Source: Kiritimatiellia bacterium (GTDB lineage Bacteria > Verrucomicrobiota > Kiritimatiellia > RFP12 > UBA1067). Taken from it: DNA of 64,000 bases. Position 1 is the stretch's first letter; each line of letters starts with the position of its first letter. The notes under the pieces are model-generated. The model was not told where the DNA came from, did no database searches, and saw only the letters and a list, made by a program, of their open reading frames with translations. Positions 37,077-47,847 of this stretch are shown in pieces. Made by a program: the position numbers and the translations under genes. The stretch spans positions 3,901-67,900 of the forward strand of contig JBJEWA010000010.1 in assembly GCA_051884805.1 (NCBI GenBank), read 5' to 3'.

Positions 37077-38501
37077 ATGCATCATCCCGGCAAGTTTGCG
37101 GTTCTGGCGTTGGCGCTGCTGGCGGTCTCTGGCTGCCTGACGGTCTTCAACGCGCAGGAGGCGCAGCGGTCCGTTCGCGACAAGGCCTCCGGGGCGGGCG
37201 GGCCGACGGCGGGCGAACGGCTGGACCTGTCCGGGTGTTCGCTCCGCGAGCTGGTGGACTTTGCGCTGACGAACCGTCCGTCGATGGCGTCTGCGGCGCT
37301 GGCCGTCGCCGACGCGCACCTGGCGTTGCGGGAGATCGCCGCCGACGCTCCGCTCGTGAGCGCGACGCCCTGGAACGCGCCGAACCTGTCCGCTTCCGGC
37401 GGCTACAGCGCCTCGTCCGTCGCCGGTCACGCGCTGCGGGCGCGGACGGAGGGCAATGCGAGCGCGGGCCTGTCGCTCAGCGTCCTGGTGTACGACTTCG
37501 GCCGCAACCGGGCGCAGGCGAGCGCCCAGGCCGAGCGGGTGCTGGCCGCCGAACATTCGTTCGTCAGCGCCGGCTACGAGGTCTTCGAGGAGGTGTCGGA
37601 CGCATACTTCGCCCTGCTGACGGCGGACGCGCTGCTGGAGGTGGCGCTGACGAACGAGACGGAATGCGCGTTGCGGCTGCAGCAGGCGCAGGACCGCTTT
37701 GACACGGGCGAGGCGAAGCGGCTGGACGTCACGTCGGCCAAGCTTGAGCTGTCGCAGGCGCGTGAGGAGACGATCGTCGCCTCGAACAACGTGCTGACGG
37801 CCGGCGCCACGATGATGAAGGCGCTGGGCGTCGACGTGTCGCAGGGAACGCGCGAGGAGGTCTTCCCGCCGTTCGGCAACGCGCTTGCCGTCGTCCTGCG
37901 GGGGTTCTCCTCCACCGGCTACGGCGTGCGCGAGGCCTTCGACCTGGCGCGGACGAACGCGCCGGCGATGGCGATTTCCCGGGCGCGGCTGCGGGCGGCG
38001 AGCCATCAGGTCGATCTGGCGATTGCGGAGCTGATGCCGTCGGTCTCGGTGCAGGCGGGGTTGAGCTGGACTGATCCGCTCTGGCTCTGGAACTGGTCCG
38101 CGAGCGCCGTGCAGTCGGTGTTCGAGGGCTTCCGGAAGACGACGGCCGTCGACCGGGCGGTCGTGCAGATGTACAGTGCCGCGGCGGACGTGGACGAGGC
38201 CGAACAGCAGCTTTCGCTGCAGCTGGAGACGGCGATTGCCGTGCGGGACGATTCGGCCAAGGCCCTGGAGACGGCGCGGGCGTCGGTCGCGAACGCGCTG
38301 GAGAACCTGAATACCGTGAAGGCGCAGTATGGCGAGGGCGACTCCAGCCGCGTCGACTACACGATTGCGCTTGCGAAGTACGCGCAGGCGCTGGGCGACC
38401 GCGTGTCGGCCTTCTACGCCGGGCAACGGGCGGAGACGAAGCTGTTTGCGCTGACCGGGCGGCTTCCGGAGTACCGGGAAGAGGAGATAAGGGAGAGGTA
38501 A
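37077..38501 (+). CDS. TolC-family outer membrane efflux lipoprotein
   Basis: Lipobox LLAVSGC. Two OEP-like helical repeats. First gene of an efflux operon. Confidence 0.8.
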   Translation: MHHPGKFAVLALALLAVSGCLTVFNAQEAQRSVRDKASGAGGPTAGERLDLSGCSLRELVDFALTNRPSMASAALAVADAHLALREIAADAPLVSATPWNAPNLSASGGYSASSVAGHALRARTEGNASAGLSLSVLVYDFGRNRAQASAQAERVLAAEHSFVSAGYEVFEEVSDAYFALLTADALLEVALTNETECALRLQQAQDRFDTGEAKRLDVTSAKLELSQAREETIVASNNVLTAGATMMKALGVDVSQGTREEVFPPFGNALAVVLRGFSSTGYGVREAFDLARTNAPAMAISRARLRAASHQVDLAIAELMPSVSVQAGLSWTDPLWLWNWSASAVQSVFEGFRKTTAVDRAVVQMYSAAADVDEAEQQLSLQLETAIAVRDDSAKALETARASVANALENLNTVKAQYGEGDSSRVDYTIALAKYAQALGDRVSAFYAGQRAETKLFALTGRLPEYREEEIRER

Positions 38502-38505
38502 GCTG

Positions 38506-39792
38506 ATGTCGGAATGGTCGAATTGCCGGATGGCGGCGGTGGCGCTGGCCGCCGCGCTGGGGCTTGCCGGATGCTCGGACGGGCAGATGATCGGCAAGGA
38601 CAGGGGGCCCAGGTACCGGTTTGCGACGGTGATGCGCACCGACGTGATCCGGACCGTCGAGGCGACGGGAACCGTCACGCCCCGGAACACGACGGAGGGC
38701 ATTCCCGTCGGCGCGCAGGTGAACGGGCGGATCGTCAAGCTGTTCGTCGACTACAATTCGACCGTCACCAACGGGCAGGTGGTCGCGCTGATCGACCCGC
38801 TCGTGTACGAGGCGACGTACAAGAGCGCCGTCGCGCAGCTGCACGTCAACGAGGCCAACGTCAGCGTCCGGATCGCCGCGGTGAAGTCGTGCGAGGCCGA
38901 ACTCGTCCTCGCGGAGAAGACCTTTGCCCGCAAGCAGGCCCTGGTGGCGAAGTCGATGGCGCCGGTCGCCGAACTGGACAGCGCCGAGGAGACGCTGGCC
39001 AAGTCCAGGGCGGCGCTGGAGAGCGCGAAGGCGTCGCTCCAGAGCGCGAAGGCGTCCGTCGAGCAGAGCGCGGCGGCCGTCAGCAAGGCGAAGGCGGACC
39101 TGGACTACTGCACGCTCCGTTCGCCGGTGGACGGCGTCGTCATCGCCCGCAAGGTGGAGGAGGGGGAGACGGTCGTCTCGTCGTACAACGCGGTTCCGGT
39201 GCTGACGATCGCCGAGGACCTGAAGGTCGTCTGGGTGGAGGCGACCGTGCCCGAGGCCGACGTCGGCAACATCAGGGTCGGCCAGGAGGTGACGTTCACC
39301 GCCGATGCGTACCGGCGGCGCTTCAAGGGCCGGGTGAAGCAGGTCCGCAAGGCCCACACGACGACGAACAACGTCGTCACCTATCCGATCATCATCGAGG
39401 CGGAGAACCCGGGCGAGATGCTGTTCCCCGGCATGACGGCGACGCTGTCGATCGAGACGGCGCGCGCCGAGAACGCGGTCGCCGTCTCCGCTGCGGCGCT
39501 CCGGTTTCGGCCGAAGGAGGAGGACCGTGAGGAGGGCGAAGTGCCGCGCGGGCGCAAGCTCTGGGTGGTCGGCGAGAACGACCGGCTCCGGCCCGTCGTC
39601 ATCACGGAGGGCGTCTCCGACACGACGAACGTCCAGATCGCGGACCATGACGAGCTCGTGGGCACGGAGGTGGTGATCGGCTACGAGACGCCCGCGACGC
39701 TCGCCCTGAAGAAGGACGACACGACCAATCCGTTCAAGCAGAAGTTTCCGCAGCGCAACAAGAACAAGGGCACCGCGCCGGAACCGAAGTAG
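38506..39792 (+). CDS. macA: Efflux periplasmic adaptor (HlyD/MacA family)
   Basis: Lipobox GLAGCS, coiled-coil hairpin region and beta-barrel segments typical of membrane fusion proteins. Confidence 0.85.
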   Translation: MSEWSNCRMAAVALAAALGLAGCSDGQMIGKDRGPRYRFATVMRTDVIRTVEATGTVTPRNTTEGIPVGAQVNGRIVKLFVDYNSTVTNGQVVALIDPLVYEATYKSAVAQLHVNEANVSVRIAAVKSCEAELVLAEKTFARKQALVAKSMAPVAELDSAEETLAKSRAALESAKASLQSAKASVEQSAAAVSKAKADLDYCTLRSPVDGVVIARKVEEGETVVSSYNAVPVLTIAEDLKVVWVEATVPEADVGNIRVGQEVTFTADAYRRRFKGRVKQVRKAHTTTNNVVTYPIIIEAENPGEMLFPGMTATLSIETARAENAVAVSAAALRFRPKEEDREEGEVPRGRKLWVVGENDRLRPVVITEGVSDTTNVQIADHDELVGTEVVIGYETPATLALKKDDTTNPFKQKFPQRNKNKGTAPEPK

Positions 39793-39830
39793 CCGAAGCG
39801 GCCGGCGCGCCGCAGCCGCAGCGAGGCAGG

Positions 39831-40573
<743 letters not shown>

Positions 40574-40577
<4 letters not shown>

Positions 40578-41803
40578 ACTTCCCGATGATCTTCAAGGTC
40601 GCGATTCTCGCGATTCTCCGCAACAAGACGCGGGCGCTGCTCACCTGCCTCGGCATCATCGTCGGCATCGCGGCCGTCATCGCCGTCCTGGCGATCGGCA
40701 AGGGCGCCTCGACCATGATGCTCAACGAGATTTCGTCGATGGGCAACAACCTCGTGATGGTCTTTCCGGACCGGAACCGCCGCGGGCAGGTCCAGTCCGG
40801 CATGGGCGCGGGCCAGACGATGACGGCGGACGACGCCGAGGCGATCCGGCGGGAGCTCGGCCACCTCGTCAGGTACGTCTCGCCGGCCGTGAACGTCAAC
40901 AGCCAGCTGGTCCGCCAGAACAAGAACTGGAACTGCCGCGTCTCCGGCGTTTCGAGCGACATGCCGGAGGTCCGCAACTGGCCGGTCGGCGAGGGGCGCT
41001 TCTTCTCCGAGGAGGAGGAGCGGGGCTACGCGCGCGTCTGCGTCATCGGCACGACCGTCAAAAGCCAGCTTTTCGAGGAGGGCGAGCCGGCCGTCGGGCA
41101 GACGATCCGCATCGGCGCGATGCCGTTCAAGATCGTGGGCGTCCTGGCGTCGAAGGGGGCGAACGGCTGGGGGCAGGACCAGGACGATACGGTCATGGCG
41201 CCGTATACGACGGTCGGCCGCGTGCTGTCCCGCTCGAAGTTCCGTTCGATCAACATGATGAACCTTTCGCTGGTCAGCATGGACGACCTCGATGAGGCGA
41301 CGCGCGAGGTTACCGCGCTCCTGCGCCAGCTGCACAAGCTGCCGGACTATCAGGACGACGACTTCGAGCTGCGCGACACGAAGGAGATCATGTCCACGAT
41401 GGGTTCGGTCTCGTCGCTGATGACGGTGCTGCTGACGGCGGTGGCGGCGATTTCGCTGCTGGTGGGGGGCATTGGCATCATGAACATCATGCTGGTCAGC
41501 GTCACCGAGCGCATCCGGGAGATCGGCCTGCGGATGGCGCTGGGGGCGACGCCGTTCATGATTCTCGCCCAGTTCGTCATCGAGGCGATCGTCCTGTCGA
41601 CCGTCGGCGGGGCCATCGGGGTCGTCTGCGGCGTGCTGACGGCGCATCTGATCGGCGAGATCAACCACTGGCCGATTGTCATCGAGCTGTCGTCGGCGGT
41701 CTGTTCCTTCCTGTTTTCGGCGTTGGTCGGCATGTTTTTCGGCTTTTATCCGGCCTACCGGGCTTCGCGGCTCAATCCGATCGACTGCTTGAGGTACGAA
41801 TAG
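40574..41803 (+). CDS. ABC transporter permease (MacB/FtsX type)
   Basis: GTGA overlap with the ATPase gene. Four TM helices with a large periplasmic loop and a C-terminal FtsX-like region. Confidence 0.9.
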
Positions 41804-41809
41804 GCGATT

Positions 41810-41818
41810 TGATATAAT
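41810..41818 (+). promoter_or_regulatory. Extended -10 element TGaTATAAT
   Basis: TTGATATAATACG, the same 12-mer as at 22950. About 25-nt leader with GGAAGGAAAG before ATG 41850. Confidence 0.5.
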
Positions 41819-41849
41819 ACGGCGCGAATTCGGAAGGAAAGCCAAGACA

Positions 41850-42530
41850 ATGTCCCTTAATATCGTCACAGAAATCGACGGCCGCATCCAGGTCAGGAAC
41901 GTGCTCATGAGCGTGAGCGACAAGACGGGGCTGGAGAGTTTCGTCCCCGCACTGGTCGAGGCCTGCCCCGGCGTGAGGATCTATTCGACGGGCGGCACCT
42001 ACGCCAAGGTGAAGGAGATCCTCGGGGACCGGGCGGGCGAGACGCTCGTCGCCGTCTCCGACTACACGGGCCAGCCGGAGATGCAGGGCGGCCTGGTGAA
42101 GACGCTCGACTTCAAGATCTACCTCGGGCTGCTTTCGGAGCGGTACAACGACGCCCACCAGGCCGACCTGAAGCGTCTGGCCGCGCAGCCGATCGACATG
42201 GTGGTGGTGAACCTCTATCCCTTCCGGCAGACGGTCGCCCGGGAAGGCGTGACGCCGGAGCAGGCCCGCACGAACATCGACATCGGCGGCCCCTGCATGG
42301 TGCGGGCGTCGGCGAAGAACTACCTGCGCGTCGCTTCCGTCACCGACCCGCTCGACTACGGCAGCATCGCCGGCGAACTTGCCAGCCATGCCGGTACGCT
42401 CGGGCTGGACACGCGCTTCAGGCTGATGAAGAAGGCCTTTGCGCACACGGCGGAGTACGATGCGGCCATTGCGCAGTTCTTCACGGCGCGGACCTGGGCC
42501 GAGATCGACGGCACCTACAATCAGCACTAA
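41850..42530 (+). CDS. Stand-alone PurH N-terminal (IMP cyclohydrolase/MGS-like) domain protein
   Basis: Aligns by eye to PurH residues 1-215 (VLMSVSDKTG, STGGT, VVVNLYPF, NIDIGGPCMVRASAKN, HTAEYDAAIAQFF), then stops. No AICAR transformylase domain follows. Confidence 0.7.
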   Translation: MSLNIVTEIDGRIQVRNVLMSVSDKTGLESFVPALVEACPGVRIYSTGGTYAKVKEILGDRAGETLVAVSDYTGQPEMQGGLVKTLDFKIYLGLLSERYNDAHQADLKRLAAQPIDMVVVNLYPFRQTVAREGVTPEQARTNIDIGGPCMVRASAKNYLRVASVTDPLDYGSIAGELASHAGTLGLDTRFRLMKKAFAHTAEYDAAIAQFFTARTWAEIDGTYNQH

Positions 42531-42534
42531 GCTG

Positions 42535-44022
42535 ATGATTTTCGAAGCTTTCAAGAAGATGCGGGAGGATCGGCCGTCTGCGGCCGCCTTTCTGGTGACG
42601 TGCGGTGACCTGGCCTGGCCCATCACCTGGAAACGGTTCACCGACGACATCGACATCGTCGCGCACCTGATCCGCACGTACGCGCCGGGCGCCAAAGTCG
42701 GCATTCTCGGCGAGAATTCCTACGAGTGGATGGTGGCCCACGCCGCCGTCCTCTTCTCCGGCGCGGTGGCGATTCCGGTGGACATCAACCTGACGCCGCA
42801 GGAGATTTCCGAGCGCATGAAGTTTACCGGCGCGGTGGCCCTCGTCCATTCCTCCCTGTACGAGGACAAGGCGAGGGAGGCCGGCAAGCTTACGCCGGGG
42901 CTGATCGTCGCCGGTTTCGGCACCATCAAGACGGAGCGCTTCCTCGACAAGCTGCGCGGCGTCTTCGGGCTGAAGGGCAGCCTGTGGCGGCGCGACAGCC
43001 TTGACCTGGCGGAGGATTCGACGGGCGAGCCCCAGACCTCCATGATCGTCTTTACTTCCGGGACGACTTCGACGCCCCAGGGCGTCGAGCTGACGGTCAG
43101 GTCCCTTGAGACGTTCTGCGAGTGGGCGGTCGCCTGCCTGCCCATGCGGCCCGGGGACCGGTCGCTGATGATCCTGCCGCTCCATCACATCTTCGGCATC
43201 TGCGTGACCTACCTGATGCTGGCGCGCGGCGTCGCGCTGGGCGTCTGCCCCGACTTCCGGCGCATCTACGACGCCTTCGTGCGGTTCCGCGCGAACTTCG
43301 CGTTTCTCGTGCCCGCCCTGGCGGAGATTCTCGCCCAGAAGATCCAGCAGCGGGGCGATTCGGCCGAGGCGGCGATCGGGCAGCCGATCGACTGGATCGT
43401 GACCGGCGGCGCGGCGCTGCCGCGCCGCGCCTACGAGCATCTGACGGCGCTGGGTGTCAAGACGATTACGGCCTATGGCCTGACCGAGACGTGCGCGGCC
43501 TATTCGATCACGCCGCTGGCGGGGGACCCGCACGTCGGGGCGCAGGGCCACGTCTCGCAGGCCCGGGGCGTGAAGACCATGGTGTCGCCCGCCGGCGAGC
43601 TGCTGATCAAGGGGCCTTGCGTGATGAAGGGCTACTACCGGCGGCCCGACAAGACGGCGCAGGCGATCGACGCCTCCGGCTGGTACCATACGGGGGACGT
43701 CGGGCGGATCGACGAGGACGGCTTCGTCTGGATCACCGGCCGGGCCTCGCGGACAATCGTCCTGTCGTCCGGCAAGAAGATCGCCCCCGAAGAGCTGGAG
43801 GAAAAGCTCATGTTCCTCCCGGGCGTGCGCGAGGCGGTCGTCAGCGGCGAGGGGGAATCGCGGGAGATCCGGGCCGAAATCTACGCGCTGATTTCCGAGG
43901 AGCAGGTGCGCAAGTCGGTGGCGGCGCTGAACCTGACGCTGCCCGTCTACAAGCGCATCAAGACCGTAATCGTCCGCAGGGAGCCGTTCCCGCGGACGGC
44001 GTCGGGGAAGATCAAGGTGTGA
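42535..44022 (+). CDS. AMP-dependent synthetase/ligase (acyl-CoA ligase-like)
   Basis: Motifs [19 protein letters not shown] and [14 protein letters not shown], with a terminal GKI. Confidence 0.8.
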   Translation: MIFEAFKKMREDRPSAAAFLVTCGDLAWPITWKRFTDDIDIVAHLIRTYAPGAKVGILGENSYEWMVAHAAVLFSGAVAIPVDINLTPQEISERMKFTGAVALVHSSLYEDKAREAGKLTPGLIVAGFGTIKTERFLDKLRGVFGLKGSLWRRDSLDLAEDSTGEPQTSMIVFTSGTTSTPQGVELTVRSLETFCEWAVACLPMRPGDRSLMILPLHHIFGICVTYLMLARGVALGVCPDFRRIYDAFVRFRANFAFLVPALAEILAQKIQQRGDSAEAAIGQPIDWIVTGGAALPRRAYEHLTALGVKTITAYGLTETCAAYSITPLAGDPHVGAQGHVSQARGVKTMVSPAGELLIKGPCVMKGYYRRPDKTAQAIDASGWYHTGDVGRIDEDGFVWITGRASRTIVLSSGKKIAPEELEEKLMFLPGVREAVVSGEGESREIRAEIYALISEEQVRKSVAALNLTLPVYKRIKTVIVRREPFPRTASGKIKV

Positions 44023-44023
44023 C

Positions 44024-44587
44024 ATGCGGCGGCCGGACGAGAAGCGGATCGCCGCGCTGGTGCGGCAGCTCCTGCTCGAACTGGGCGAGGATCCCGAGCG
44101 CGAAGGGCTGAAAAAGACGCCGCAGCGGGTCGCCAAGGCCCTGACCTACCTGACGCGCGGAAACCGTCAGAACCTCAGGAAGGTCGTCAACGGCGCGTAC
44201 TTCACCTCGGGCACGAACCACATGGTGATTCTGAAGGGCATCGAGCTGTATTCGCTCTGCGAACACCACCTGATGCCGTTCTTCGGCCAGTGCGCCATCG
44301 GCTACATCTCCAAGGGCAAGGTGCTGGGGGTCTCGAAGCTGGCGCGCATCGTTGACATGTTTGCGCGTCGGCTGCAGATTCAGGAGCGCATGACGGAGGA
44401 GATTGCGAATGCCGTCATGCAGGAGTCCGGCGCCGAGGGCGTCGGCGTCGTCGTCCGGGCGAAGCACCTCTGCATGATGATGCGCGGCGTCGAGAAGCAG
44501 AACAGCGAGATGACGACCTCCGCCGTGCTCGGCTCCTTCCGGACGGACGAGAAGGTCCGTCAGGAATTCCTCTCGCTAATCGGCTGA
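44024..44587 (+). CDS. folE: GTP cyclohydrolase I
   Basis: [11 protein letters not shown] and [11 protein letters not shown] motifs. 187 aa. Confidence 0.9.
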   Translation: MRRPDEKRIAALVRQLLLELGEDPEREGLKKTPQRVAKALTYLTRGNRQNLRKVVNGAYFTSGTNHMVILKGIELYSLCEHHLMPFFGQCAIGYISKGKVLGVSKLARIVDMFARRLQIQERMTEEIANAVMQESGAEGVGVVVRAKHLCMMMRGVEKQNSEMTTSAVLGSFRTDEKVRQEFLSLIG

Positions 44588-44612
44588 CCGGCTTTCCGCC
44601 GACGATTTTCCG

Positions 44613-45179
44613 ATGGCATCCCAGGAATCTAGGCCGGCGCCGAACGACAAGCGGTTTCTTTCGGCGGACGAGTATCTGCGGGACATTTGGCATCTCGCCG
44701 CCGCCGTCCGGGCGTCCGGCTGGCGGCCGGACATCCTCGTCGCGCTCTGGCGCGGCGGTGCGCCCGTCGGGGTGGCGCTGCACGAATTCTTCAAGGTCTC
44801 GGGCTGGGCGGTCCAGCACGTCCCGCTCAAGTGCGCGAGCTACGACGGCATCGGGTCGAATCCGGGCGACGTCGTCTTCTCGCAGGGCGAGGCCGTCTTC
44901 GGGATGCTTCGCAGGGGCGATCGCGTCCTGGTGGTGGACGACGTGTTCGATACGGGCAAGACCGCCGCCGCCGTCAGGGCGCGCGTCGATGCCGCCGGCG
45001 CCGAGATGCGCATGGCCTGCGTCTACTGGAAGCCGCAGAAGAACGTCACGGCGCTCAGGCCCGACTACTTCGCGAAGGACGTCGGCCTCGACTGGATCGT
45101 CTTTCCGCACGAGCTCGAAGGCCTCACCAGGGAGGAAATCGCGGTCAAGGACCCGGTCCTCGCCGGTCTGCTGGGCTGA
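44613..45179 (+). CDS. Phosphoribosyltransferase family protein
   Basis: PRPP-binding motif VLVVDDVFDTGKT. Confidence 0.7.
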   Translation: MASQESRPAPNDKRFLSADEYLRDIWHLAAAVRASGWRPDILVALWRGGAPVGVALHEFFKVSGWAVQHVPLKCASYDGIGSNPGDVVFSQGEAVFGMLRRGDRVLVVDDVFDTGKTAAAVRARVDAAGAEMRMACVYWKPQKNVTALRPDYFAKDVGLDWIVFPHELEGLTREEIAVKDPVLAGLLG

Positions 45180-45196
45180 CCTCGCCGGAGATAGGC

Positions 45197-46018
45197 ATGA
45201 AACGGCTGTTGACGATTCAGGACCTCAGTTGCGTCGGCCAGTGTTCGACGACGGTCGCGCTGCCGCTCATCAGCGCGTGCGGCGTCGAGTGCGCGGTCCT
45301 GCCGCCGGCGCTGCTGTCCAACCATACGGCGCCCGGCTTCAAGGGCTGGAGCTACTGCGACCTGACGGCCGAGCTCGGCAGGGTCGAGGCGAAGTGGATC
45401 GAGCAGGGCATTCGCTTCGACGCCTTCTACACGGGCTACGTGGGCGAATCCCACCTCGACCCCATCCTCTCGATCCTGAAGACCTGCGCCAATCCCGGCG
45501 CAATCCGCATCGTGGATCCGGCGATGGCGGACAACGGGGCGCTTTACCCCGGCTTCGCTGCGGACTTTCCGTCCAAGCTGGCGCGGCTGTGCAGGGAGGC
45601 GGACTATCTGCTGCCGAACTTGACGGAGGCGGCGTTGCTGACGGGCGGCGTACCGAAGTTGTCCGGCTATTCGCGTGAAGAGATCGAAGGCCTGATTGCG
45701 CAGTTGCATCGGCTGGGCGCGAAGAACGTCGTGCTGACCGGCGTGTCGTTTTCGACCGGGGAGCTGGGGTCGGCGGTTTCGGACGGGAAGACGGTCGCCT
45801 ACGACTTCAATCCGCGCTGCCCCGGCCAGTTTCACGGAACGGGGGATGTCTTCGCCTCGGTGTTCGCCGGCGCCGTCCTGCGGGGCAAGTCGGCGCTTGA
45901 GGCGGCGGCGTTGGCGGCGGACATCGTCTGCGTGGCGATTGCGGCGACGGAAAAGGCGCATTGGTATGGCGTCAGCTTCGAGCGCGCGATTCCGCAGCTG
46001 GTTGCGGCGCTCCAGTAG
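45197..46018 (+). CDS. pdxK: Pyridoxal/pyridoxamine kinase
   Basis: Ribokinase-fold PdxK-like protein (TIQDLSCVGQCS ... GTGDVFASVF). Tail of track ORF 44687-46018. Confidence 0.75.
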   Translation: MKRLLTIQDLSCVGQCSTTVALPLISACGVECAVLPPALLSNHTAPGFKGWSYCDLTAELGRVEAKWIEQGIRFDAFYTGYVGESHLDPILSILKTCANPGAIRIVDPAMADNGALYPGFAADFPSKLARLCREADYLLPNLTEAALLTGGVPKLSGYSREEIEGLIAQLHRLGAKNVVLTGVSFSTGELGSAVSDGKTVAYDFNPRCPGQFHGTGDVFASVFAGAVLRGKSALEAAALAADIVCVAIAATEKAHWYGVSFERAIPQLVAALQ

Positions 46019-46044
46019 ACACGAAGACGGATAGTTGATATAAT
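46016..46044 (+). promoter_or_regulatory. Promoter TAGACA-N17-TATAAT (TG-extended)
   Basis: -35-like 46016-46021 and TGATATAAT 46036-46044, upstream of ribH. Confidence 0.5.
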
Positions 46045-46048
46045 TCAG

Positions 46049-46083
46049 ACTTCTTCCTGAAATTCTCGAACTTCTTCCCGAAA
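46049..46083 (+). repeat. Two 14-nt direct repeats ACTTCTTCC(T/C)GAAA in ribH leader
   Basis: Copies at 46049-46062 and 46070-46083, 21 nt apart, inside the predicted 5' UTR. Confidence 0.7.
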
Positions 46084-46096
46084 GAGAGATGTGAGC

Positions 46097-46558
46097 ATGA
46101 AAGAGATTGTCGGAACATTCGAGGCGAGAAAGCTGAAGGTCGGCATCGTCGTGAGCCGCTTCAACAGTTTTCTGACCGAGCAGCTGGTCAAGGGTGCGAC
46201 CGATGCGTTCGTCCGCATGGGCGGTGACGAGCGGAACCTCGTCCTGGTCCGGGTGCCCGGCGCCTACGAGCTGCCCCTGGCGGCGAAGAAGCTGGCGACG
46301 ACCAAGGGGGTGGACGCCGTCGTCGCCCTCGGCGCGGTCGTGCAGGGGGCGACGCCCCATGCCGAGCTCATCAACGAGACGACGGCCCGCGCCTTCAACA
46401 TGATCGCGCTGGAGACCGGCGTGCCCGTGCTGGACGGCGTCGTGGCGGCCGAGAATCTGGAGCAGGCCGTCGAACGCTGCGGCACCAAGCAGGGCAACAA
46501 GGGCTTTTCGGCGATGCAGTCGGCGATTGAGACGGTCAACGTGCTCAAGCAGCTCTGA
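46097..46558 (+). CDS. ribH: 6,7-dimethyl-8-ribityllumazine synthase
   Basis: KVGIVVSRFNSFLTEQLVKGA ... VPGAYELP ... GAVVQGATPH motifs. ATG 46097 is preferred over GTG 46091 because of the GAGAG spacing. Confidence 0.9.
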   Translation: MKEIVGTFEARKLKVGIVVSRFNSFLTEQLVKGATDAFVRMGGDERNLVLVRVPGAYELPLAAKKLATTKGVDAVVALGAVVQGATPHAELINETTARAFNMIALETGVPVLDGVVAAENLEQAVERCGTKQGNKGFSAMQSAIETVNVLKQL

Positions 46559-46603
46559 CGGCGAGGACATTTGTCAAGGTTCAACGAAAGAAAGCAGCAG
46601 AAC

Positions 46604-47836
46604 ATGAAAGAAGTGAAGAAGGTTGCGTTCCTGACCGCCGGCGGGCTGGCGCCGTGCCTGAGTTCGTCCATCGGGTTCCTGATCGACGAGTACAGCAAGC
46701 AGTCGCCGTCGACCGAGATGATCGGCTACGTCAACGGCTACATGGGGCTTCTGCGGGGCGATTCCATCCCCGTCACGGACGCGGTGCGCAAAAACGCGCT
46801 CATCCTGACCAAGCATGGCGGTTCGCCGATCGGCAACAGCCGCGTGAAGCTGACGAACGTCAAGGACTGCGTCAAGCGCGGGCTCGTCAAGGAGGGCGAG
46901 GATCCGCTCAAGGTTGCGGCCGACCAGCTCGTCAAGGACGGCGTGGACGTGCTGCACACCATCGGCGGCGACGACACGAACACGACGGCGGCGGACCTTG
47001 CGGCCTATCTCGCCGAGAACGACTATCCGCTGATCGTCGTCGGACTGCCGAAGACGATCGACAACGACGTCTATCCGATCAAGCAGTCGCTCGGCGCCTG
47101 GACGGCCGCGGAGGAGGGCGCCAAGTTCTTCCTCAACGTCGTCAAGGAGAACAGCGCGAATCCGCGCGCGCTCACGATTCACGAGGTCATGGGCCGCAAC
47201 TGCGGCTGGCTCACCTACAAGACGGCCCAGTACTACCGCAAGCTGCTCAAGCAGAAGGTCAGGTTCCTGCCGGAGTTCAACCTGACGATGGAGCGCCAGG
47301 ACGTGCACGCCGTCTACGTGCCCGAGTCCAAGATCGACTTCAAGGCCGAGGCGAAGCGCCTGATGGCGATCATGGACAAGTGGGATTCCGTGAACATCTT
47401 CGTGTCCGAGGGCGCGGGCGTCAAGGACATCATCGCCGAGATGAAGAAGCGCGGCGAGGAGGTGCCGGTCGATGCGTTCGGCCATCCCCGGCTGGACAAG
47501 GTCAACGTCGGCCAGTACGTCGGCAAGCGCTTCGGCGAGCTGCTCCGGGCCGAGAAGGTCCAGGTGTTCAAGTCGGGCTACTTCGCCCGTGCGGCGGCGC
47601 CGAACAAGAAGGACCTGCGCCTCATCGAGAAGTGCGCGCGCAAGGCGGTCGAGTGTGCGCTCCACGGCGAGTCGGGCGTCGTCGGGCCGGACGAGAACGA
47701 CGCGGCGAAGATCCACGCGTGCGAGTTCTCGCGCATCCGGGGCGGCAAGCCGTTTAACGTCCGCAAGGGTTCCTTCCGCAAGATGCTGACCGAGATCGGC
47801 CAGCCCAATCCGCGCAAGAAACGCACGGTCAAGTGA
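46604..47836 (+). CDS. pfp: Phosphofructokinase, predicted PPi-dependent type (paralogue 2)
   Basis: Motifs TAGGLAPCLSS, IGGDDTNT, LPKTIDNDV and MGRNCGWL. Asp and Lys are at the PPi-diagnostic positions. Confidence 0.85.
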   Translation: MKEVKKVAFLTAGGLAPCLSSSIGFLIDEYSKQSPSTEMIGYVNGYMGLLRGDSIPVTDAVRKNALILTKHGGSPIGNSRVKLTNVKDCVKRGLVKEGEDPLKVAADQLVKDGVDVLHTIGGDDTNTTAADLAAYLAENDYPLIVVGLPKTIDNDVYPIKQSLGAWTAAEEGAKFFLNVVKENSANPRALTIHEVMGRNCGWLTYKTAQYYRKLLKQKVRFLPEFNLTMERQDVHAVYVPESKIDFKAEAKRLMAIMDKWDSVNIFVSEGAGVKDIIAEMKKRGEEVPVDAFGHPRLDKVNVGQYVGKRFGELLRAEKVQVFKSGYFARAAAPNKKDLRLIEKCARKAVECALHGESGVVGPDENDAAKIHACEFSRIRGGKPFNVRKGSFRKMLTEIGQPNPRKKRTVK

Positions 47837-47847
47837 GGAACCGGCGG

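Noticed and set aside
46045-46096. FMN (RFN) riboswitch upstream of ribH.
   Set aside because: The leader is only about 45-50 nt, and none of the conserved RFN helices or motifs are visible.
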